Part shown: positions 35,880 to 48,864 of the stretch, piece by piece | Position numbering within the stretch: position 1 is the stretch's first letter | How the letters are laid out: each line of letters opens with the position of its first letter | Assembly: GCF_030384885.1 (NCBI RefSeq) | Contig: NZ_CP128613.1 | DNA: 64,000 bases | Origin: Escherichia coli | GTDB taxonomy: Bacteria > Pseudomonadota > Gammaproteobacteria > Enterobacterales > Enterobacteriaceae | Strand: one strand, 5' to 3' | Notes under the pieces: model-generated | Databases searched by the model: none | What the model saw: only the letters and a program-made list of their open reading frames with translations | What the model was told of the DNA's origin: nothing | Program-made: the position numbers and the translations under genes

Positions 35880-36524
35880 GTGCGCCCTCTTATTTTATCG
35901 ATTTTCGCACTATTTCTTGCGGGATGTACGCACAGCCAGCAAAGTATGGTCGATACATTTCGCTCCAGCCTTTTCGATAATCAGGATATCACCGTAGCGG
36001 ATCAGCAGATACAGGCGTTGCCTTATTCCTCGATGTATTTACGCCTTAATGAAGGGCAACGAATCTTTGTGGTACTGGGATATATAGAACAAGAACAAAG
36101 CAAATGGTTATCCCAGGATAACGCCATGCTGGTTACCCACAATGGACGTCTTTTAAAAACCGTCAAACTTAATAATAATCTGCTGGAAGTGACAAATTCC
36201 GGGCAGGACCCTCTGCGTAACGCGCTGGCAATAAAAGACGGCAGCCGCTGGACGCGCGATATTCTCTGGAGTGAAGACAATCATTTTCGCTCTGCGACCC
36301 TGAGTTCCACTTTTTCCTTTGCTGGATTAGAGACGCTGAATATTGCGGGTCGCGATGTGCTGTGTAATGTCTGGCAGGAAGAGGTGACTTCCACGCTGCC
36401 AGAAAAACAGTGGCAAAACACATTCTGGGTCGATTCGGCTACTGGCCAGGTTCGTCAAAGTCGGCAAATGTTAGGCGCAGGGGTTATTCCCGTAGAAATG
36501 ACGTTTCTTAAACCCGCACCATGA
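35880..36524 (+). CDS. gfcB: Lipoprotein GfcB
   Basis: 214 aa; lipobox LAGC. Confidence 0.9.
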   Translation: MRPLILSIFALFLAGCTHSQQSMVDTFRSSLFDNQDITVADQQIQALPYSSMYLRLNEGQRIFVVLGYIEQEQSKWLSQDNAMLVTHNGRLLKTVKLNNNLLEVTNSGQDPLRNALAIKDGSRWTRDILWSEDNHFRSATLSSTFSFAGLETLNIAGRDVLCNVWQEEVTSTLPEKQWQNTFWVDSATGQVRQSRQMLGAGVIPVEMTFLKPAP

Positions 36525-37267
36525 ATAAATTACAGTCGTATTTCATTGCCAGCGTACTTTACGTAATGACACCCCATGCCTTTGCGCAAGGAACGGTGAC
36601 TATTTATCTGCCTGGCGAACAACAGCCCCTTTCCGTTGGCCCCGTGGAGAATGTTGTCCAGTTGGTGACACAACCGCAACTGCGCGATCGCCTCTGGTGG
36701 CCTGGAGTCTTGCTGACCGACTCCGCGGCGAAAGCTAAAGCGCTTAAAGACTACCAACATGTCATGGCACAGCTTGCTTCCTGGGAAGCAGAAGCTGACG
36801 ACGATGTGGCGGCAACGATTAAATCCGTGCGCCAGCAGTTACTCAATCTCAATATCACTGGTCGCTTACCGGTCAAACTGGACCCTGATTTTGTACGAAT
36901 GGATGAGAACAGCAATCCCCCGCTGGTCGGGGACTATACGCTCTATACCGTACAGCGCCCAGTGACTATTACTCTGCTGGGTGCGGTTTCTGGGGCTGGG
37001 CAATTGCCCTGGCAGGCAGGCCGTAGCGTTACCGATTATCTGCAAGATACCCCCCGTCTTGCAGGCGCGGACAAGAATAACGTTATGGTGATTACGCCTG
37101 AGGGTGAGACTGTCGTCGCCCCTGTTGCCCTGTGGAATAAAAGACATGTGGAACCACCGCCTGGCAGCCAGCTTTGGTTGGGCTTTTCTGCGCATGTACT
37201 GCCCGAAAAATATGCTGATTTAAATGACCAGATTGTGTCTGTTTTAACGCAACGTGTTCCTGACTGA
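36521..37267 (+). CDS. gfcC: GfcC (group 4 capsule)
   Basis: 248 aa with signal peptide; 4 bp overlap with gfcB. Confidence 0.9.
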   Translation: MNKLQSYFIASVLYVMTPHAFAQGTVTIYLPGEQQPLSVGPVENVVQLVTQPQLRDRLWWPGVLLTDSAAKAKALKDYQHVMAQLASWEAEADDDVAATIKSVRQQLLNLNITGRLPVKLDPDFVRMDENSNPPLVGDYTLYTVQRPVTITLLGAVSGAGQLPWQAGRSVTDYLQDTPRLAGADKNNVMVITPEGETVVAPVALWNKRHVEPPPGSQLWLGFSAHVLPEKYADLNDQIVSVLTQRVPD

Positions 37268-39363
37268 TGAAGAAGAACTCTTATCTTTTAAGCTGCCTGG
37301 CCATTGCCGTCTCCAGTGCCTGTCATGCTGAAGTATTCACCTACCCGGATCCGCTGGGGTCGTCGCAATCAGACTTTGGCGGCACAGGATTGTTGCAGAT
37401 GCCAAATGCGCGCATCGCACCGGAAGGTGAATTCAGCGTCAACTACCGGGATAACGATCAATACCGTTTCTACTCCACGTCCGTGGCGCTGTTCCCATGG
37501 CTGGAAGGCACCATTCGTTATACGGATGTGCGCACACGCAAATATAGCCAGTGGGAAGATTTCAGCGGCGATCAGGCATACAAAGACAAATCTTTCGATT
37601 TTAAACTTCGCCTGTGGGAAGAAGGTTACTGGCTACCGCAAGTGGCGTTTGGTAAACGTGATATTGCTGGTACGGGTCTGTTTGACGGTGAATATCTGGT
37701 GGCCAGCAAGCAAGCGGGGCCATTTGATTTCACCCTCGGGATGGCGTGGGGCTACGCCGGTAATGCGGGCAATATTACCAACCCGTTTTGCCGGGTGAGC
37801 GATAAATATTGTCATCGTGCAGAGTCTCACGATGCGGGAGATATCAGCTTTAGCGATATCTTTCGTGGTCCGGCGTCCATCTTTGGCGGCATTGAGTATC
37901 AAACGCCGTGGAATCCTCTGCGTCTGAAACTCGAATACGACGGCAACAATTACCAGAATGATTTTGCGGGCAAATTGCCGCAGGCAAGTCATTTCAATTT
38001 CGGTGCTGTGTATCGTGCTGCCAGCTGGGCAGATCTTAACCTTAGCTACGAGCGCGGTAACACATTGATGTTTGGCTTCACATTACGGACCAATTTCAAC
38101 GATCTGCGCCCTGCCCTGCGCGATACGCCAAAACCGGCGTATCAACCTGCGCCGGAATCTGAAGGATTGCAGTACACCACAGTAGCGAACCAACTTACCG
38201 CGTTGAAGTATAACGCGGGCTTTGACGCGCCAGAAATTCAGCTGCGCGATAAGACGCTATATATGTCTGGTCAGCAATACAAATACCGTGACTCTCGTGA
38301 AGCGGTCGATCGTGCCAACCGGATTCTGGTGAATAACCTGCCGCAAGGCGTTGAGAAGATTAGCGTGACGCAAAAGCGCGAGCATATGACGATGGTGACT
38401 ACCGAAACCGACGTAGCCAGCCTGCGCAAACAGCTGGCCGGTACAGCGCCAGGTCAATCAGAGCCACTGCAACAACAACGTGTTGAAGCTGAAGATCTTT
38501 CTGCCTTTGGTCGGGGCTACCGTATTCGTGAAGATCGCTTTAGCTACTCTTTCAACCCAACACTTTCACAGTCGCTGGGCGGCCCGGAAGATTTCTATAT
38601 GTTCCAGTTGGGGCTGATGTCCAGCGCCCGCTACTGGTTTACCGATCACCTGCTGCTTGATGGCGGTATTTTCACCAATATTTACAACAACTACGACAAG
38701 TTTAAGTCTTCGCTGTTACCCGCGGACTCTACCCTCCCCCGCGTGCGCACGCATATCCGTGACTACGTTCGCAATGACGTTTATCTCAACAACTTGCAGG
38801 CGAACTATTTTGCCGACTTAGGCAATGGTTTCTATGGCCAGGTGTACGGCGGTTATCTGGAAACGATGTATGCCGGTGTTGGTTCCGAGCTGCTTTATCG
38901 CCCGCTCGATGCCAGCTGGGCGCTGGGGGTGGACGTTAACTACGTGAAGCAGCGTGACTGGGACAACATGATGCGCTTCACCGATTATTCCACGCCAACA
39001 GGTTTCGTGACGGCTTACTGGAACCCGCCGACGCTCAACGGCGTACTGATGAAACTCAGCGTTGGGCAATATCTGGCAAAAGATAAAGGGGCAACCATCG
39101 ACGTCGCCAAACGCTTTGACAGCGGCGTGGCGGTAGGGGTATGGGCGGCAATCAGTAACGTATCTAAAGATGACTACGGCGAAGGCGGCTTTAGTAAAGG
39201 TTTTTATATCTCGATTCCGTTCGACTTGATGACCATTGGACCTAACCGCAACCGCGCGGTGGTTTCGTGGACACCATTGACGCGTGATGGTGGACAAATG
39301 CTGTCACGTAAATACCAGCTCTATCCAATGACGGCAGAGCGAGAAGTACCGGTTGGACAATAA
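37267..39363 (+). CDS. gfcD: Outer membrane protein GfcD
   Basis: 698 aa with signal peptide. Confidence 0.9.
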   Translation: MKKNSYLLSCLAIAVSSACHAEVFTYPDPLGSSQSDFGGTGLLQMPNARIAPEGEFSVNYRDNDQYRFYSTSVALFPWLEGTIRYTDVRTRKYSQWEDFSGDQAYKDKSFDFKLRLWEEGYWLPQVAFGKRDIAGTGLFDGEYLVASKQAGPFDFTLGMAWGYAGNAGNITNPFCRVSDKYCHRAESHDAGDISFSDIFRGPASIFGGIEYQTPWNPLRLKLEYDGNNYQNDFAGKLPQASHFNFGAVYRAASWADLNLSYERGNTLMFGFTLRTNFNDLRPALRDTPKPAYQPAPESEGLQYTTVANQLTALKYNAGFDAPEIQLRDKTLYMSGQQYKYRDSREAVDRANRILVNNLPQGVEKISVTQKREHMTMVTTETDVASLRKQLAGTAPGQSEPLQQQRVEAEDLSAFGRGYRIREDRFSYSFNPTLSQSLGGPEDFYMFQLGLMSSARYWFTDHLLLDGGIFTNIYNNYDKFKSSLLPADSTLPRVRTHIRDYVRNDVYLNNLQANYFADLGNGFYGQVYGGYLETMYAGVGSELLYRPLDASWALGVDVNYVKQRDWDNMMRFTDYSTPTGFVTAYWNPPTLNGVLMKLSVGQYLAKDKGATIDVAKRFDSGVAVGVWAAISNVSKDDYGEGGFSKGFYISIPFDLMTIGPNRNRAVVSWTPLTRDGGQMLSRKYQLYPMTAEREVPVGQ

Positions 39364-39408
39364 CCTGACGTAATTCATAACATTACATTGACTGATAAAT
39401 ATAAACCA

Positions 39409-40548
39409 ATGAAAAAGAACATTTTTAAGTTTTCGGTACTGACATTGGCTGTTCTGTCTTTGACAGCATGTACCCTTGTTCCTGGTCAGAATTTATCGAC
39501 CAGTAACAAGGATGTCATTGAACTACCTGACAATCAGTATGACCTGGACAAAATGGTCAATATCTATCCCGTCACGCCAGGATTGATTGATCAGCTGCGC
39601 GCCAAACCGATTATGTCGCAGGCTAACCCGGAGCTGGAGCAGCAAATCGCGAACTATGAATATCGTATCGGCATTGGTGATGTGTTGATGGTGACGGTCT
39701 GGGATCACCCGGAACTAACCACACCCGCAGGGCAATATCGTAGCGCCAGTGATACTGGCAACTGGGTTAACGCTGATGGTGCAATTTTCTACCCTTATAT
39801 TGGTCGCCTGAAAGTGGCCGGGAAAACGCTTACCCAAGTACGCAACGAGATTACAGCGCGTCTGGACTCAGTCATTGAAAGCCCACAAGTCGATGTCAGC
39901 GTCGCGGCGTTCCGATCGCAAAAAGCGTACGTCACCGGCGAAGTCAGCAAATCGGGTCAGCAGCCGATTACCAATATTCCTCTGACCATCATGGATGCGA
40001 TTAACGCCGCGGGCGGTCTGACCGCAGATGCAGACTGGCGCAACGTGGTGCTCACCCAGAATGGCGTAAAGACCAAAGTGAACCTCTATGCGCTGATGCA
40101 GCGTGGCGACTTGCGCCAGAACAAACTGCTGCACCCGGGCGATATTTTATTTATTCCGCGCAACGATGATCTGAAAGTCTTCGTGATGGGTGAAGTGGGT
40201 AAACAGAGCACGTTGAAAATGGACCGCAGCGGTATGACCCTGGCGGAAGCACTGGGTAACGCTGAGGGTATGAATCAGGATGTCGCTGATGCGACGGGGA
40301 TTTTTGTTATTCGTGCAACGCAAAACAAGCAGAATGGCAAAATCGCCAATATTTATCAGCTGAATGCGAAGGACGCATCGGCAATGATACTCGGAACGGA
40401 ATTCCAGCTTGAACCTTACGACATTGTTTATGTCACTACCGCGCCGCTGGCTCGTTGGAACCGTGTGATTTCTCTGCTGGTACCGACGATTTCCGGGGTG
40501 CATGACCTGACAGAGACTTCACGGTGGATTCAAACATGGCCCAACTAA
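39409..40548 (+). CDS. gfcE: Wza-like outer membrane polysaccharide export lipoprotein GfcE
   Basis: 379 aa from [21 protein letters not shown]. Confidence 0.9.
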
Positions 40549-40982
40549 AATTTAACTCAATCCTGGTGGTTTGTACCGGCAACATTTGCCGTTCGCCCAT
40601 TGGCGAGCGCTTGCTGCGTAAACGTCTGCCAGGCGTAAAAGTCAAATCGGCAGGTGTTCATGGTCTGGTAAAGCACCCTGCAGATGCGACAGCGGCAGAT
40701 GTTGCCGCTAATCATGGCGTATCTCTTGAAGGACATGCCGGACGTAAGCTAACGGCTGAGATGGCACGAAATTACGATCTGATTCTGGCAATGGAGTCAG
40801 AGCATATTGCTCAGGTTACAGCAATCGCTCCCGAGGTCCGCGGGAAGACAATGCTGTTTGGGCAATGGCTGGAACAGAAAGAGATTCCGGATCCCTATCG
40901 TAAAAGTCAGGACGCATTTGAGCATGTCTACGGTATGTTGGAGCGCGCCAGTCAGGAATGGACGAAGCGCCTCAGCCGGTAA
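40536..40982 (+). CDS. etp: Low-molecular-weight phosphotyrosine phosphatase Etp
   Basis: 148 aa; CTGNICRS P-loop. Confidence 0.93.
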
Positions 40983-41001
40983 TTTGAGTTTATAAAATAC
41001 G

Positions 41002-43182
41002 ATGACAACTAAAAATATGAATACGCCACCAGGCAGCACTCAGGAAAATGAGATCGATCTGCTTCGTCTGGTCGGCGAGTTATGGGATCACCGTAAGTTT
41101 ATTATCAGCGTAACCGCGTTGTTCACGCTGATCGCTGTCGCTTACTCGCTGTTAAGCACGCCAATTTATCAGGCAGATACGCTGGTCCAGGTTGAGCAGA
41201 AACAGGGCAACGCCATTCTCAGCGGCCTGAGCGATATGATCCCTAACTCATCGCCCGAGTCAGCACCGGAGATCCAACTGCTGCAATCGCGCATGATTCT
41301 CGGTAAAACCATTGCTGAACTGAATCTGCGCGACATGGTTGAGCAGAAGTATTTTCCGATTGTGGGTCGCGGCTGGGCGAGATTAACCAAAGAGAAACCA
41401 GGTGAGCTGGCGATCAGCTGGATGCACATCCCACAACTGAATGGTCAGGATCAGCAACTTACACTCACAGTTGGGGAAAACGGCCACTATACGCTGGAAG
41501 GTGAAGGGTTCACCGTCAATGGTATGGTCGGCCAGCGTCTGGAAAAAGACGGCGTTGCGTTGACTATCGCGGACATTAAGGCCAAACCAGGAACGCAGTT
41601 TGTCCTGAGCCAGCGTACCGAACTGGAAGCGATTAACGCGTTGCAGGAAACCTTTACCGTTAGCGAACGCAGTAAAGAAAGCGGGATGCTGGAACTTACC
41701 ATGACCGGTGATGATCCCCAGTTGATTACTCGTATTCTGAACAGCATCGCTAACAACTATTTGCAACAGAATATCGCTCGCCAGGCGGCGCAGGATTCAC
41801 AAAGCCTTGAATTCTTACAGCGCCAGTTGCCAGAAGTGCGCAGCGAGCTGGACCAGGCGGAAGAAAAACTCAACGTTTATCGCCAGCAGCGCGATTCGGT
41901 TGACCTTAACCTGGAAGCCAAAGCCGTTCTTGAGCAGATTGTTAACGTTGATAATCAACTCAATGAGCTGACCTTCCGCGAGGCCGAGATCTCCCAGCTG
42001 TATAAGAAAGATCACCCAACTTATCGTGCGCTGCTGGAAAAACGCCAGACGCTGGAGCAAGAACGCAAACGCCTGAATAAGCGGGTATCGGCAATGCCTT
42101 CCACTCAACAGGAAGTATTGCGTTTAAGCCGTGACGTAGAAGCGGGCCGTGCGGTATATCTGCAATTACTTAACCGCCAGCAGGAGTTGAGTATTTCGAA
42201 ATCCAGTGCGATTGGTAACGTGCGGATTATCGACCCGGCAGTCACTCAGCCGCAGCCAGTGAAACCGAAAAAAGCGTTGAATGTGGTGCTTGGTTTTATT
42301 CTTGGCCTGTTTATTTCGGTGGGTGCCGTGCTGGCGCGTGCGATGTTGCGTCGTGGTGTAGAAGCACCGGAACAACTGGAAGAGCACGGCATCAGCGTTT
42401 ATGCCACTATCCCGATGTCCGAGTGGCTGGATAAGCGTACCCGTCTGCGTAAGAAAAATTTATTTTCTAATCAGCAGCGCCATCGTACTAAAAATATCCC
42501 CTTCCTGGCGGTGGATAACCCGGCGGATTCTGCTGTGGAAGCCGTACGTGCGCTACGAACCAGTCTGCATTTCGCTATGATGGAGACTGAGAATAATATT
42601 CTGATGATCACGGGTGCGACGCCAGACAGTGGTAAAACGTTCGTCAGTTCAACTCTGGCAGCGGTGATCGCCCAGTCCGATCAAAAAGTGTTATTTATTG
42701 ATGCCGACTTACGCCGTGGTTATTCGCATAACCTGTTTACCGTGAGTAATGAACATGGCTTGTCGGAATATCTGGCAGGGAAAGATGAGCTCAACAAAGT
42801 GATCCAGCATTTTGGCAAAGGAGGCTTTGATGTGATTACTTGCGGTCAGGTGCCACCTAACCCGTCTGAACTGCTGATGCGCGATCGGATGCGTCAATTA
42901 CTGGAATGGGCGAACGACCATTACGATCTGGTGATTGTCGATACGCCGCCGATGCTGGCAGTGAGCGATGCTGCGGTCGTGGGACGCTCTGTCGGCACCA
43001 GCCTGCTGGTTGCGCGTTTTGGCTTGAACACCGCCAAAGAGGTGAGCTTGTCAATGCAGCGTCTGGAACAGGCTGGCGTTAATATTAAAGGCGCAATCCT
43101 CAATGGTGTGATTAAACGCGCCAGCACCGCTTACAGTTATGGCTATAACTATTATGGTTATAGTTACTCCGAGAAAGAGTAA
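41002..43182 (+). CDS. etk: BY-kinase (tyrosine autokinase) Etk
   Basis: 726 aa; Walker A GATPDSGKT; C-terminal tyrosine cluster YSYGYNYYGYSY. Confidence 0.95.
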   Translation: MTTKNMNTPPGSTQENEIDLLRLVGELWDHRKFIISVTALFTLIAVAYSLLSTPIYQADTLVQVEQKQGNAILSGLSDMIPNSSPESAPEIQLLQSRMILGKTIAELNLRDMVEQKYFPIVGRGWARLTKEKPGELAISWMHIPQLNGQDQQLTLTVGENGHYTLEGEGFTVNGMVGQRLEKDGVALTIADIKAKPGTQFVLSQRTELEAINALQETFTVSERSKESGMLELTMTGDDPQLITRILNSIANNYLQQNIARQAAQDSQSLEFLQRQLPEVRSELDQAEEKLNVYRQQRDSVDLNLEAKAVLEQIVNVDNQLNELTFREAEISQLYKKDHPTYRALLEKRQTLEQERKRLNKRVSAMPSTQQEVLRLSRDVEAGRAVYLQLLNRQQELSISKSSAIGNVRIIDPAVTQPQPVKPKKALNVVLGFILGLFISVGAVLARAMLRRGVEAPEQLEEHGISVYATIPMSEWLDKRTRLRKKNLFSNQQRHRTKNIPFLAVDNPADSAVEAVRALRTSLHFAMMETENNILMITGATPDSGKTFVSSTLAAVIAQSDQKVLFIDADLRRGYSHNLFTVSNEHGLSEYLAGKDELNKVIQHFGKGGFDVITCGQVPPNPSELLMRDRMRQLLEWANDHYDLVIVDTPPMLAVSDAAVVGRSVGTSLLVARFGLNTAKEVSLSMQRLEQAGVNIKGAILNGVIKRASTAYSYGYNYYGYSYSEKE

Positions 43183-43195
43183 AACTGAAGGTAAT

Positions 43196-43235
43196 GTGGC
43201 CGGATGCGGCGTGAACGCCTTTTCCGGCCTACGCA
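43196..43235. repeat. REP element
   Basis: gccggatgcggcgtgaacgccttttccggcctacg. Confidence 0.7.
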
Positions 43236-43302
43236 TCAGACAGTTCTTCGTTTGTCATCAGCTTCAGAGCATTCAGGTAACTGAATGCTCTTTTTTTATG
43301 CA

Positions 43303-44601
43303 TTACAAACTGCACGCCGGTATGCGTGCTTCATTCACGATTTGCGTAAAACCGGTCAACGAACACATGCCCTGCGCGTTTCGCTCTTCACATCCTGCCA
43401 GGGTCAGTTTCACCTCTCCGGGCGGCGTATTTAATGATAGCGGCGTTTTATCACGCATCTGCTGTAAAGTCTGGAAGACCAGCGAAACCTGAATCCAATG
43501 GCTGTTATCGCTTAGCCTACGCCAGCGTTCAAACACCAGTTCACCACCTGGCGGTGTGTTATCCGGCTGACCTGGAAGCGTCCAGTTGAGCTCCAGTGCG
43601 CCGCCGAGATTTGCCAGATTAGTATCGTGTCCGGCGATAAACAGCACTGAAGTGGGTAATGTCACACCATACACCTGTTTTTGCGGTGGATGGGGCATCA
43701 ACGCTGTCATGATCAAATCCAACAACGGGGTGGCACGACTGCGGGCAACCTCTGGCGTGCGTTGTAGCAAATAAAACTGCGCGTTATGCAGGCTTAGCAA
43801 GGTGTTCCACTGGTGTGAATCGGTGATCCTTCCCCACCCCGGCTCCGGCATTCCCTGTGCTTGTTGCAGGAGAAATATCTCCGTCAGCATTGACGCCAGG
43901 CTTACCGCACCGGTTAATGAGACATTGTCGGCGCTCACCTTGAGTTCCGATGGTAATACCTGCGTTAATGAACAGCTTTCGTCCTGTTTCTCACGGTTAA
44001 GGCACAAGTTTGATTGTGGGAAATTAAGCACCTGTTCCAGTTCGCGAAACGCCGTTTGCCGATGCCCGGTAAAGTCAGCAATTGACCCTCCTGCCCTGCT
44101 GAGGATCGCGTCAGTCACGTTCGCGTTATCCAGTTGGCAAATGCCAGTTTTTAGAGGATTAAATAACGGATCGGGACTGGACGTATCTGCCTGGGTATGT
44201 ACGGTTATTGCGCAGTCAGGTGCCAGCCCGGCGGCGAAGGCTTCGCCTGTTTTACGGGTACGCTCGTCGACATCAGCAATAATCGCGACCTGACCAGGCT
44301 GCGGGCAGCCCTTTTTCGCCAGCAATCCGTCAGCCACCAGACGCTGGCGTTGGTAATGTCCGAGATAAGCGATTAGCTCACCACCGCGCGGTGTCAGCCA
44401 CCCCAGTTTTACCGGCCATGTTGGCCATGCGTCTGGGGTGACATCCTGCATCAGTTGCGTGGCCTTGGTTGGGGCACGCACACCATGACGACTGACAATC
44501 ACCACACTTTCCAGCTTCAGCTCCGGCTCACTCTGAGCGAATGCAGATTGCGGGGTGAACGGAATCAGAAGAGATAAGAATGGGATCAAGATCGCTTTCA
44601 T
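43303..44601 (-). CDS. appA: Periplasmic phytase / acid phosphatase AppA
   Basis: 432 aa from MKAILIPFLS; RHGVRAP histidine acid phosphatase motif. Confidence 0.95.
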   Translation of the reverse strand: MKAILIPFLSLLIPFTPQSAFAQSEPELKLESVVIVSRHGVRAPTKATQLMQDVTPDAWPTWPVKLGWLTPRGGELIAYLGHYQRQRLVADGLLAKKGCPQPGQVAIIADVDERTRKTGEAFAAGLAPDCAITVHTQADTSSPDPLFNPLKTGICQLDNANVTDAILSRAGGSIADFTGHRQTAFRELEQVLNFPQSNLCLNREKQDESCSLTQVLPSELKVSADNVSLTGAVSLASMLTEIFLLQQAQGMPEPGWGRITDSHQWNTLLSLHNAQFYLLQRTPEVARSRATPLLDLIMTALMPHPPQKQVYGVTLPTSVLFIAGHDTNLANLGGALELNWTLPGQPDNTPPGGELVFERWRRLSDNSHWIQVSLVFQTLQQMRDKTPLSLNTPPGEVKLTLAGCEERNAQGMCSLTGFTQIVNEARIPACSL

Positions 44602-44639
44602 CGATATGTTTCCGCTTTTCATATCCGACATTATTGATT

Positions 44640-44672
44640 GCCTGATGCGACGCTAATGCGCCTCATCAGGCT
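44640..44672. repeat. REP-like palindrome
   Basis: cctgatgcgacgctaatgcgcctcatcagg. Confidence 0.6.
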
Positions 44673-44680
44673 TACGTTCG

Positions 44681-44773
44681 TTAACTTTTCAGACGCGGGT
44701 CCAGCCATACCAACACAAGGGTGGAGAGCGAACACATCAACAAAATGCCGACGAACCAAAGTAAATACCACAT
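44681..44773 (-). CDS. appX: Small membrane protein AppX (cytochrome bd-II accessory), 30 aa
   Basis: Manual translation MWYLLWFVGILLMCSLSTLVLVWLDPRLKS, immediately downstream of appB. Confidence 0.8.
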   Translation of the reverse strand: MWYLLWFVGILLMCSLSTLVLVWLDPRLKS

Positions 44774-44785
44774 TGTTCCTGCTCC

Positions 44786-45922
44786 TTAGTACAGCTCGTT
44801 TTCGTTACGGCGGAGAGTTTCTGTCGTCATGCGCCCCCACATTTTGTAGTAGCTCCAGAGAGTGTAGAGCAACACAATGGGCAAAAATATCAGCACGATT
44901 ACCAACATAATGCTCAGCGTCAACTGGCTGGAAGTGCTGTCCCACAACGTCAGGCTGGAGATCGGACTCACGCTTGACGGCATGACGAAGGGGAACAGCG
45001 TGATGCCTGCCGTGAAAATCACGCCAAATTGCATCAATGACACCATCAAAAATCCCCACCCCGGGCGACCACGATAAATCGCCATCACCGTCAGCAATGG
45101 GCAGAAGAACCCCAGCAGCGGGAAGATCCACAGAACGGGCGATTCGACGAAATTATTCATCCAGGCACCAGGTAGCACTGCCACCAGTTTCATTAACGGA
45201 TTGGAAGGACCGTTAGCATCCTGGGCGAGCAGTACAAAGCCATCAATACCGACCCACAGCCAGTAACCCGCCAGCAAAAAGCACAGCATCACCAGCAGTG
45301 CGGCGCGTTTGGTCGCCAGCTGTGAACGCAGATGAATCACACCAACAGTTTTTAGTTGTAACCAGACGCCACCTTGCAAAATCACCATCCCAAGGCTGAG
45401 CAATCCGCACAATAAAGGGAATGGCGTCAGCAGTTGCCAGAAGGTGCCGAGATACTCCACGCGTAATTGCGGTGTGAAGGCAAACGGCACGCCGAGCAAC
45501 AAGTTGCCGAAGGCGATACCGAAGACTACCGGCGGCACCAGGCTGCCGATGACCAGACCGGCATCCCACATTTTACGCCAGCGTGCATCGGCGATTTTTC
45601 CGCGATAATCAAAGGCCAGCGGGCGGAAGAACAGTGAGCACAGCACCAGGATCATCGCCACATAAAAGCCGGAAAACGCCGCTGCATACACTCTGGGCCA
45701 GGCGGCAAATAATGCCCCACCTGCGAGGATTAACCAGACCTGATTGCCTTCCCAGTGCGCGCCAACGCTGTTTATCACTATCCGGCGTTCATCATCATTA
45801 CGCGCCACCAGCGGCAGCAGACAGCCGATCCCCATGTCAAATCCATCGGAGATCATAAAGACCACCAGGATCACGCCAATCAGCAGCCACCAGATGAAGC
45901 GCAATGTTTCATAATCAAACAT
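44786..45922 (-). CDS. appB: Cytochrome bd-II oxidase subunit II AppB
   Basis: 378 aa membrane ORF. Confidence 0.95.
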   Translation of the reverse strand: MFDYETLRFIWWLLIGVILVVFMISDGFDMGIGCLLPLVARNDDERRIVINSVGAHWEGNQVWLILAGGALFAAWPRVYAAAFSGFYVAMILVLCSLFFRPLAFDYRGKIADARWRKMWDAGLVIGSLVPPVVFGIAFGNLLLGVPFAFTPQLRVEYLGTFWQLLTPFPLLCGLLSLGMVILQGGVWLQLKTVGVIHLRSQLATKRAALLVMLCFLLAGYWLWVGIDGFVLLAQDANGPSNPLMKLVAVLPGAWMNNFVESPVLWIFPLLGFFCPLLTVMAIYRGRPGWGFLMVSLMQFGVIFTAGITLFPFVMPSSVSPISSLTLWDSTSSQLTLSIMLVIVLIFLPIVLLYTLWSYYKMWGRMTTETLRRNENELY

Positions 45923-45933
45923 GATTTTCTCCT

Positions 45934-47478
45934 TTACCCCTGTTGCTGCGTCGGTTGTTCACTCTGCATCGCACTCGGCCCCAGACGGGCATATTTCTGC
46001 ATCAGGTAGACTTCGGCGATTAAGAACAGGGTGTAAAGCCCTACGATCATGATCAGTGAGAAAGCCAGTTGTCCTGTGGTTAAAGCGGAGTGCGCGGAGT
46101 ATGTCGGTAAGATGTCCTGTATCGCCCACGGCTGCCGACCAAACTCGGTCATAAACCACCCGGCTTCAATCGCAATCCACGGCAACGGCAAACTCCAGAG
46201 CGCCATTTTCAGTACCCAGCGATGCTGGTCGATTTTGCCACGCAGCGTCTGGACAAGCGCAATCAGCATCACCAGTAGCAGCAGAGAACCACAGCCCACC
46301 ATGATGCGGAAACTCCAGAATACCGGCGCAACCTGAGGTATCGCGCCACGCATCGCCGCCTGGTACTGTGCAGCTGTGACATGGTTCATATCCGGCGCAT
46401 AGCGGGAGAGCAACATGCCGTAACCAAGGTCGCCTTCCAGCTCCCGGAATGCCTGCAACACATGCGGCTCACGATTGCCTTGCGATATTTCCTGCATTAA
46501 CAGCCAGGCCATACGTCCGCGTTGCAAGCGTGGGTAGGTTTCAGCCATCAAATTCTTCAGACCCGGCACGGGTTTATCTAATGAGTGAGTGGCGAGGATC
46601 CCTAGCAGCGCAGGAATTTTGATGGCAAAGGCGTTACGCTCTTGATCCTGTTCCGGCCAGGCAACTACATGGAACGGTGCAGGTGCAGGTTCCGTTTGCC
46701 ACTCCCCTTCCATTGCCGCCAGTTTTACCGGTTGTACTTGCGCGACTTCATACGCAGAACTGTCTCCGAGTTGCAGCGTACCGATAATCGCCAGAGTACC
46801 GAAGACGGAACCGATGGCAAACGAGCGTAATGCAACATCGCGCTCCCGTCCGCGCAGTAAATACCAGGCGCTGATCGCCATAATAAACATGGCCCCGGTC
46901 ACGTAGCCCGCCATTACGGTGTGCACAAATTTCACCTGGCTGACCGGGTTAAAGACCAGCTCGCTGAAGCTGGTCATTTCCATACGAAGGGTGTCGATAT
47001 CAAAATGCGCACCGGTCGGGTATTGCATCCAACCGTTGGCATTCAATATCCACAACGCAGAGAGATTTGAACCGAACGCCACCAGCCACGTCACCAGCAG
47101 GTGCTGGTATTTATTCAGCCGTTGCCAGCCGAAGAAGAACAGCCCGACAAAGGTGGATTCGAGGAAGAAGGCCATTAATGCTTCCATCGCCAGCGGTGCG
47201 CCAAAAATATCGCCCACATAGTTGGAATAGAATGACCAGTTAGTACCAAACTGAAACTCCATGGTCAGGCCGGTAGCCACGCCAAGAGCAAAGTTGATAC
47301 CGAAGAGCTTACCCCAGAAGCGCGTCATATCGCGGTAGATTGTTTTGCCGGTGACCACGTAAATGGTTTCCATGATAGCCAGCAAAAAAATCAGCCCCAG
47401 GGTAAGGGGTACAAATAAAAAGTGATACAGCGCGGTCAGAGCAAACTGCCAGCGCGATAAATCAATGACATCCCACAT
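45934..47478 (-). CDS. appC: Cytochrome bd-II oxidase subunit I AppC
   Basis: 514 aa from [10 protein letters not shown]. Confidence 0.95.
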   Translation of the reverse strand: MWDVIDLSRWQFALTALYHFLFVPLTLGLIFLLAIMETIYVVTGKTIYRDMTRFWGKLFGINFALGVATGLTMEFQFGTNWSFYSNYVGDIFGAPLAMEALMAFFLESTFVGLFFFGWQRLNKYQHLLVTWLVAFGSNLSALWILNANGWMQYPTGAHFDIDTLRMEMTSFSELVFNPVSQVKFVHTVMAGYVTGAMFIMAISAWYLLRGRERDVALRSFAIGSVFGTLAIIGTLQLGDSSAYEVAQVQPVKLAAMEGEWQTEPAPAPFHVVAWPEQDQERNAFAIKIPALLGILATHSLDKPVPGLKNLMAETYPRLQRGRMAWLLMQEISQGNREPHVLQAFRELEGDLGYGMLLSRYAPDMNHVTAAQYQAAMRGAIPQVAPVFWSFRIMVGCGSLLLLVMLIALVQTLRGKIDQHRWVLKMALWSLPLPWIAIEAGWFMTEFGRQPWAIQDILPTYSAHSALTTGQLAFSLIMIVGLYTLFLIAEVYLMQKYARLGPSAMQSEQPTQQQG

Positions 47479-47611
47479 GCGCACTCCTGTAGGCGAAGAG
47501 AGAAAAATAACCCGATAATGGTAGATCTCCCTCTTTATCCTGAAACTCTACGACCAGAGGTATTCGCCGATTGCGATATTCATAAGACTGAAAGCGATAC
47601 TTACCGTCTTT

Positions 47612-48469
47612 TTACGTCGGTGCACCTTCCGCCAGCCACTGACATACCTCGCTAAGCCGCTGCGCAGAGTCGACCAAATCTTCTGGCGCTGCCAGCACCA
47701 CTTCCGGTATCGGGCAGATTTCATAACTTTCCAGTAACGGGCCTTTTAAGGTGTCCGTACAGCGTAAATGCCAGACATGGCGTAACCCCGTGGCGTTGAT
47801 ATAGCTCTCGCCGTAGCCAATGGTGCGAATCTGAATATTTCCCGGCCCACAGAGACGTGAGAGAAAAAGCCGATCAGCCTCGCTGATAGGTAATTGCGTC
47901 AGATTAATGCTGTGCGGCTGCGCGTCAGGATTACGTACATGTGCTAGTAATTCATGAGCCAACGGTAGGCCATTCATCAGGCCATCAATGGGCGGCGGTA
48001 ACAGCGAATCTGTCGGCAAGACGTTTTGCGTTGCCGCCTGCCACAACGCGAGCGGCACGCAGCCAGCCTCCAGTTTGTCCTCCAGCAACTGTTCGCCGCA
48101 ACGTCTGCGCACCCGCCATAATCCGCAGAAGATCGCCTCCTGTATTTCACTTTCACTGTCGTCAGCCTGCTGAATGCGCACTGACACTTCCCCTTCCCCG
48201 AGAAGCGTATTGATAAAGTGACGATCGTCGGCGTTGAGATTTAACAGATCGACTGCCAGCACCTCGCCCAGCGGCGGCTGGCGCTCGCTTAGTTGATGTT
48301 GTAACTCGTTTAATAGCGCAATCACCTGCGGGCTGTGAGCACATTGCTCCAGGGCCGCCATACTCGGTTCATCATTCACCTGACAGGTGATCGGCAGTGG
48401 ATTCATGCTGAAACTGTCATCGTTCGGTTGCGTTCCTGGCCCCAGCAGATGGAAAAAAGTTTCGCTCAT
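47612..48469 (-). CDS. hyaF: Hydrogenase-1 operon protein HyaF
   Basis: 285 aa from [10 protein letters not shown]. Confidence 0.9.
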   Translation of the reverse strand: MSETFFHLLGPGTQPNDDSFSMNPLPITCQVNDEPSMAALEQCAHSPQVIALLNELQHQLSERQPPLGEVLAVDLLNLNADDRHFINTLLGEGEVSVRIQQADDSESEIQEAIFCGLWRVRRRCGEQLLEDKLEAGCVPLALWQAATQNVLPTDSLLPPPIDGLMNGLPLAHELLAHVRNPDAQPHSINLTQLPISEADRLFLSRLCGPGNIQIRTIGYGESYINATGLRHVWHLRCTDTLKGPLLESYEICPIPEVVLAAPEDLVDSAQRLSEVCQWLAEGAPT

Positions 48470-48864
48470 GAGGCACGCTCCTGTTGCGGTTCGACAAGCC
48501 CGCGCATCAGGTTTATCAGTTCCGCCCACGGGTGAATACCATTCAGCACGCCGCGATAGCTACCACCGGTAAACACCAGTGTGGCGGGAAAACGAAATAC
48601 GCCAAAACGATCGCCGATGGCTTCGCTTTGCTCAAGGTCGGCAATCGCTACCTGCCATGTATAATCAGGAAACTCGCGCAGTAATTCGCCAATCATTACC
48701 GGATTATCGCTGACCTCTGGCGTGCGTTTCGGGTCACTGCTTAATAACACCACACCGTCTGGCGCTTGCGTAAGCCAGTCGTCAAGACGGGATTCACTGA
48801 TCGGCGTCCAGCCGCGCGCCAGCATACGTTGCCACAACGCATCAAATGGCGTGTCGTTGCTCAT
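48466..48864 (-). CDS. hyaE: Hydrogenase-1 operon protein HyaE
   Basis: 132 aa; 4 bp overlaps with neighbours. Confidence 0.9.
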   Translation of the reverse strand: MSNDTPFDALWQRMLARGWTPISESRLDDWLTQAPDGVVLLSSDPKRTPEVSDNPVMIGELLREFPDYTWQVAIADLEQSEAIGDRFGVFRFPATLVFTGGSYRGVLNGIHPWAELINLMRGLVEPQQERAS